Shown here: positions 59,349 to 64,000 of the stretch, piece by piece | How positions within the stretch are numbered: the first letter of the stretch is position 1 | Layout of the letters: every line of letters starts with the position of its first letter | IMG/VR virus record: IMGVR_UViG_3300003316_000399 | Location: 27,633-91,632 of that record | Length of the DNA stretch: 64,000 bases | Reading direction: 5' to 3' (one strand) | Source of the DNA: a virus | Lineage: Duplodnaviria; Caudoviricetes | The notes under the pieces: generated by a model | Told to the model about the DNA's origin: nothing | Seen by the model: the letters and a program-made list of their open reading frames with translations, nothing else | Database searches by the model: none | Made by a program: the position numbers and the translations under genes

Positions 59349-59656
59349 ATGGGTGCAGGCAGCCCCGCCTGCGCACACCGGCACCGAACTGGCACCCACG
59401 CCAGTGACGACCAAAGCTACGGCGCCCGCCGAGTCCACTGGACCTGCGCATTAGCGCATACGTGATGAGCACTTTAACAATCGAATAACGAAAGCGGATT
59501 ACTCCTTGCTGCGCGTATCCCCGCGTGCAGTTTTACCGCCTAGCCGGGTATCCTCGCCCGGGCTGGGTTGAGTGCCCGCCGGAGCCTAGCCCTCAAGATC
59601 TCCTGGTGGCTAAATCTGGCCCATTCCGTATACGCTTCTCACATTAAGGAGTAGTT

Positions 59657-61027
59657 ATGTCATCGCTATTCACCCCGCACGTGCCAGGGGCTTTCGCACG
59701 CAACCTTCTCAGGCGCACAGGTGACGACGCTTACGCTGCGGCCTTGCGCGACGATGTTGCGTACGCTGTTACCCAGCTGGAAGAAGCCGTACACAATCAC
59801 GAATTTGAGTCCATATACCCGGTGTGGACTCAGGATGACTACGACGATCCCGCAATGGTAGACGAGCTAAACGCACAGCGTCAAGCGGATCATATTCGTT
59901 TCATTGAAGGATGTCTGGATGTCTTGATCGTCTACACAGGGCATCTCGCACACTACACAGACGAAGCCGCGTATGCCATAGACAGCGAATGGGCACACCA
60001 GCAAGTGTACCAGCCCACCCTGGCCGACACCTTGCTTGCACCGTTTCTTGACATCCCCGCCCCGGCCAGTGACTTAGTCGCGTTCCTGGCCAAGAACGCA
60101 GCAGCCGCCCTTGATCAGTACACACACCCGCTGGCCCGGCTTGAGACCTTGCTCAACTCACCCACGCTGGCCTCGCCCTCCCCGGATTGGACTGAAGTTT
60201 CCTGGACGATGGATCAAGTCGGCTACGCACTGGAGTACCTTCAGCGTCAGTGGGAACAATTGGACCGCACCCCGCACGAGCCGGGCATCTTGTACCGTGT
60301 CCTTATGGATGGCACCCTACCCTTTATGAACACGCAGGCCGGGCTGGCCCGTGCGATCTACGACGTGAACTACTCCTTAGATGTCATTGCCTCACGTTGT
60401 CGGACTGACGCAAAAGGCGTTGACTATAGGCCGGACATTGGCCCGCAAGTCAAGGAGTGGCTAGAAGGGAATCTCTCGGACGACATCAACTGGGCATTCA
60501 CGGCGTTGCGTTCCCATTGGGAACACTACGATGGCTACGCGCAGGCGTTCATCGATGAAATTTCCAAGCACGACACGCAGACCAAAGGCGGTCCACAAGA
60601 CGTATCTGAACCATTAGGAACCTTCCTGGACAACCTAATCGCTCTCTGTGAGCAGCACGACGATCTACACCCGCTGGATAAGACATCACAGACTGATACG
60701 TACCACACCGATCGTACTGAACACGATACTGCCTCGCCCGACGCCCAGCCCAATGACAAGCCCGGCGGTGCGGATGAGATTGAACCACAGTACACGCTCG
60801 ATGACTACCTGCACGACTGCGCAGAGTTTGATGACTACTATGGTCAGTGGGATGACAACACTGTCAACCCCCCGCCCGATACGAACAACGCGCCTGGTGT
60901 TGTCATAAATCCCGATCCAGTGCCGCAGGACGCCATCTCCCGCGCGATTACTCAGAAGCTTGGGCAGGGTCCCTGGGTGCCCTTCACCGGCAGTATCCTC
61001 TTCCGCCCGGATGGCGAGAACAACTAG
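59657..61027 (+). CDS. Hypothetical acidic protein (456 aa)
   Basis: RBS TAAGGAG; long GC3-rich ORF. Confidence 0.75.
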   Translation: MSSLFTPHVPGAFARNLLRRTGDDAYAAALRDDVAYAVTQLEEAVHNHEFESIYPVWTQDDYDDPAMVDELNAQRQADHIRFIEGCLDVLIVYTGHLAHYTDEAAYAIDSEWAHQQVYQPTLADTLLAPFLDIPAPASDLVAFLAKNAAAALDQYTHPLARLETLLNSPTLASPSPDWTEVSWTMDQVGYALEYLQRQWEQLDRTPHEPGILYRVLMDGTLPFMNTQAGLARAIYDVNYSLDVIASRCRTDAKGVDYRPDIGPQVKEWLEGNLSDDINWAFTALRSHWEHYDGYAQAFIDEISKHDTQTKGGPQDVSEPLGTFLDNLIALCEQHDDLHPLDKTSQTDTYHTDRTEHDTASPDAQPNDKPGGADEIEPQYTLDDYLHDCAEFDDYYGQWDDNTVNPPPDTNNAPGVVINPDPVPQDAISRAITQKLGQGPWVPFTGSILFRPDGENN

Positions 61028-61046
61028 TCTATACTCGGTGTGTCGG

Positions 61047-61074
61047 GCACAGCGTTCAGCACAGCGTTCAGCAC
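61047..61074. repeat. 12-bp tandem repeat (GCACAGCGTTCA x2.3)
   Basis: Read directly. Confidence 0.8.
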
Positions 61075-61212
61075 ACCGGGCAACCCGAAGATTAGCCAGA
61101 CCACCGGCCAGCACAAGGAAGCCAGCGCATACCACACACCCCGGCACACATCACTACCCGCATCGCTACCTGCATACGGGGTCCGATACAAGTCCATATA
61201 AGGAGGATTCCA

Positions 61213-61524
61213 ATGTTCAAGTTTGACAAACTCAACAAAACCGCGATGGTTGACGCAGCGAAGTTTGCCATCGTTGTCACATCAGGCGTGGTAGGGATTG
61301 CTGTCAGCGTCAAAGGCGCCCGTATCGTTGCCACCGCCGCATCAGGTGCGCTCATCGCCGCAGGTATGGCAGCGGCACCCGCCAGCATCGTCGGCTTCGC
61401 TCTGGGTATGGGTTTTTACACCGCCATTTCTAAGCCCATCGTGACCGCCGCAATGTTTACCACAGCGGAGCTTGTCGATAAGATCAGCCCGCCGACACAC
61501 CGGGCGCCCTTCGCACGTCCATAG
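61213..61524 (+). CDS. Small hydrophobic (membrane) protein
   Basis: RBS AAGGAGG; Ala/Gly/Val-rich hydrophobic helices. Confidence 0.7.
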   Translation: MFKFDKLNKTAMVDAAKFAIVVTSGVVGIAVSVKGARIVATAASGALIAAGMAAAPASIVGFALGMGFYTAISKPIVTAAMFTTAELVDKISPPTHRAPFARP

Positions 61525-61542
61525 CTCACGTCCATAGCTCAC
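61514..61542. repeat. 13-bp tandem repeat (CACGTCCATAGCT x2) spanning the stop codon
   Basis: Read directly. Confidence 0.8.
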
Positions 61543-61665
61543 ACGGCGTTCATAGTGCCCGCTGCAAGCCTGTACCTACTTGTACACTAAGTACACTGCA
61601 CGTACGAATTGCAGCCCATTGCCGATACACTTGTATCGCGCGCAACCCACACAAGGAGTACTACA

Positions 61666-62853
61666 ATGGCACCCCGTACCGCCGCTACCACTGCCCAGCC
61701 GGGCAACGACGAGAATGTGCCCGCCCCCGGCACGGTTGATGCGCCCCCCGCTGATCAGCCCCCCGGCGGTCAGCAACCCAATGAGCAGCAACCAGGCGCG
61801 CCCGCCAATGGGCAGATTGATGGGCAGCCCGCCGGACAGCCCGCAGGGGCCGACACACAGCCGCCCGCTGTCCAGCCCACACCGAATCCTCTGGAGCAGT
61901 CCACACCGACGAATGGCGAGCCACCGCGTCTGGAGATTCGCAAGATCGCCCAGTCCGACAATGGGCAGGCCGTCGAGCGTGAGTATCTCGTCGCCCACCT
62001 GCCGATGCCCGTGTCGGTTCCGACACTCTCCCCCATCGAGGAGATGCAGGTGATGATCAAGGAGGGGCGATGGCCCGCGTCCCCTGTTGAGCAAGCTCAG
62101 TTGCTTGCCGAGATGGCCCAGCGCACCCTTACGACTGGCGCCGTGGAGTCCTACAGCGCGGATCATCGCCGCTACCGCGCTCTGGCGGTGTGGCGCGAGC
62201 TTGACTCGATGTCACGCTCGCTCCGGCGGGTTGTGGATGAGATGATCGAGGAGTTCAACGCGGCGCAGCCCGCCGAGCAACGTGTGGCTATCGATGGCGA
62301 CGGGCAGATGGTGCTGTCGCAAAACGCCATTCAATCGGTTCAGCAGCAGCCGCACAAGCCGCAGGCGCCGCGCAACAGCAATGGTAACGGTGCAGCTTCC
62401 AGCAACGGCGGCGCCACGCGGGAGGATACGCGCTACGCCACGTACGATCAGACCATCGCGTGGGCCAAGCACACTCTTGGCATCGATAGGCTCTTCGTCA
62501 CGCGGCGTTACACCCCGCGCGAGAACCCGGACCAGGCTGTTACGGTGTATCTGGAGTGGGCCGGACCTTCCCGGTGGGTTCCAGCCGCGTGGGATTCCAG
62601 TCGTGGCCGCGTTGTTGCCAAGCCCTGGAACGCGGGAGATCCAGCTTGGACCACACTCAACGCCGCCGATCAGGCGCTCGTGGAAGGCAGTCCGGTCAGT
62701 GTGTATGCCGCCTATCTTGTACAGGTCGAGAACGACGGCAAGAACATCCCGCAGCACCCGTGGAATGAGGCCAAGCGGGGCGGAGTCCACAACATCCTGG
62801 TCCAGCTTCGCATCATTGACGAGCTTGCGCGTGCGTTCCACAGCGAAAAGTAG
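61666..62853 (+). CDS. Hypothetical protein with a Pro/Gln-rich disordered N-terminus
   Basis: RBS AAGGAG, start MAPRTA. Confidence 0.75.
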   Translation: MAPRTAATTAQPGNDENVPAPGTVDAPPADQPPGGQQPNEQQPGAPANGQIDGQPAGQPAGADTQPPAVQPTPNPLEQSTPTNGEPPRLEIRKIAQSDNGQAVEREYLVAHLPMPVSVPTLSPIEEMQVMIKEGRWPASPVEQAQLLAEMAQRTLTTGAVESYSADHRRYRALAVWRELDSMSRSLRRVVDEMIEEFNAAQPAEQRVAIDGDGQMVLSQNAIQSVQQQPHKPQAPRNSNGNGAASSNGGATREDTRYATYDQTIAWAKHTLGIDRLFVTRRYTPRENPDQAVTVYLEWAGPSRWVPAAWDSSRGRVVAKPWNAGDPAWTTLNAADQALVEGSPVSVYAAYLVQVENDGKNIPQHPWNEAKRGGVHNILVQLRIIDELARAFHSEK

Positions 62854-62868
62854 CACACACACATTCAC

Positions 62869-62897
62869 AGAATCGGGGGCCGAAAGGCCCCCATTCT
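62869..62897 (+). terminator. GC-rich GAAA-tetraloop hairpin (terminator or processing site)
   Basis: GGGGGCC-GAAA-GGCCCCC; only a weak U-tract. Confidence 0.55.
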
Positions 62898-62960
62898 CTG
62901 GGCCAGAAAACTGGCACTGAAACTGGTCCACAAGATTCAAAAATCCCAGAGGGGGATTCA

Positions 62961-63341
62961 ATGTATCGTAGTTACGACCCGATTCACATACTGCCCGAGA
63001 CATACGCAGATGTGCTAGTACTGGAGTGCGAGGGGCCATTTGGCGATGACGGGCAGCTACGCGCGCCAGATGACCATGGTCATCTCCTTCTAACCGTCGA
63101 GGATATATACAATCCGCATCTCCCGAAAGAGGAGTATAAGCTTTTGTACTACGGGCATTCAGCAATGTATCTACCCTGGCACGAGAGCAAAATTGGCCCG
63201 TATTTCTGTTCTGTCGGATACAGCAACCCGCTGGACGCGTTTCGCCGGGGGCGCAACCGCTGGCGCATCTACTGTCGAGATTTCAATCCAGTTGATGGGC
63301 GCGTGCTCATCAACGCTATCCGTTATCATCGGATTCATTAA
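62961..63341 (+). CDS. Hypothetical protein
   Basis: RBS GAGGGG, operon context. Confidence 0.6.
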   Translation: MYRSYDPIHILPETYADVLVLECEGPFGDDGQLRAPDDHGHLLLTVEDIYNPHLPKEEYKLLYYGHSAMYLPWHESKIGPYFCSVGYSNPLDAFRRGRNRWRIYCRDFNPVDGRVLINAIRYHRIH

Positions 63342-63355
63342 TGAGGAGGTATCCA

Positions 63356-64000
63356 ATGACACGCACCACTATTTCAAACTTGCAGGAGATCATCGCCGGT
63401 TTGCAGAATGATATTGATGCCCTGAATAGGGGCAATAATTCGCTCGCGCAGCGCTGCGATGAGGCGGAGAAGGAACTGGAGAATATCAAGATCATCAGTC
63501 AGCAGACAATCGACGCCCTCCAGACCGAGATCGCCTATTTGCGGCAGGAAGCGCACGACGCGGATCTCAAGCGCGGGTTCCACACTGCGCGCAGCAACGA
63601 CAACACCCTCAACGGCTCGGAGGGCTTGGAGAGCGAGGGTGTTGATCCCAATGACCGTGTTCCTGTCTGGACGCGGTCATTCATTAAGCAATGTCTGGAA
63701 AACAAGAGCACGATGACTATCAGCCTGACTGTCACTCAGCGTCAGGACAATGGTGCTGAGAATAAGATTCGTATCGCAGCGCGTACAGCGCAAGGCGCTC
63801 TCGACAGCGTGCGGCGTACCGTTAGTGCGAACAACGTGATCGGCATCCAGGCAAGTGTCAGCCGTGGCACGGGCGCACGTGGCAACATCGAGCGCCTGGT
63901 GAAGGGCACCCAGTTCTCGTGCCGCGACAACGTTCCGTACCGCGCAATGCCGGATCACGTGGAGCGCTATTTCAGTGATCTGAAGAGGGCTGGTCTGTAG
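63356..64000 (+). CDS. Hypothetical protein with an N-terminal coiled coil
   Basis: RBS GAGGAGG, start MTRTTI. Confidence 0.7.
   Translation: MTRTTISNLQEIIAGLQNDIDALNRGNNSLAQRCDEAEKELENIKIISQQTIDALQTEIAYLRQEAHDADLKRGFHTARSNDNTLNGSEGLESEGVDPNDRVPVWTRSFIKQCLENKSTMTISLTVTQRQDNGAENKIRIAARTAQGALDSVRRTVSANNVIGIQASVSRGTGARGNIERLVKGTQFSCRDNVPYRAMPDHVERYFSDLKRAGL

Noticed and set aside
59100-59400. Prophage attachment site or host boundary
   Set aside because: No integrase, tRNA or recognisable host genes; not fully excluded without flanking sequence
59460-59500. Hammerhead ribozyme (TGATGAG...CGAAA)
   Set aside because: The core is GTGATGA rather than CTGATGA and the intervening sequence does not form stem II
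1-64000. Stop-codon reassignment
   Set aside because: Conserved genes are full length in the standard code, and TAA, TAG and TGA all end real genes
59230-64000. Long overlapping or antisense ORFs in the GC-rich block (e.g. 62212-63165 minus, 62282-62920 plus, 61576-62166 minus)
   Set aside because: Expected shadows of GC-rich coding sequence; they lack RBSs while the chosen frames have AAGGAG-type RBSs

Overview
This window is part of a tailed dsDNA (siphovirus-like) bacteriophage genome. No integrase, repressor, tRNA, rRNA or CRISPR array was seen. Positions 1-42950 are read on the minus strand. They encode dUTPase, then head genes (protease/scaffold, decoration, major capsid), neck genes with an embedded GT4 glycosyltransferase, and tail genes (internally duplicated tail tube, -1 frameshifting chaperones, a 2830-aa tape measure, tail tip). 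A replication/recombination block follows (SSB, primase, DnaB, macrodomain, GT2, resolvase, DNA MTase, PolA, RecA, Cas4-like nuclease), then an HD/SLOG/metallophosphoesterase trio. From a perfect TTGACA-17-TATAAT promoter at 42964 the plus strand carries an NMP kinase, FkbM methyltransferase, class II RNR, ThyX, a second DNA MTase, an intein-containing large terminase, portal, a 1109-aa fibre protein, amidase endolysin and a holin-like gene. At about 59300 base composition jumps from AT-rich (roughly 35-40% GC by eye) to GC-rich (roughly 60%), giving a promoter, a hairpin-dense leader and five unknown ORFs. The most interesting signals are: (1) a candidate virion O-glycosylation system, made of GT4, GT2 and FkbM plus a strong Ser-Gly dipeptide excess in surface-exposed virion proteins; (2) a several-fold over-representation of the palindrome CGCG in AT-rich DNA alongside two amino-methyltransferases; and (3) the sharp two-composition architecture. 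All counts are manual and all product calls rest on motif recognition, not database searches.
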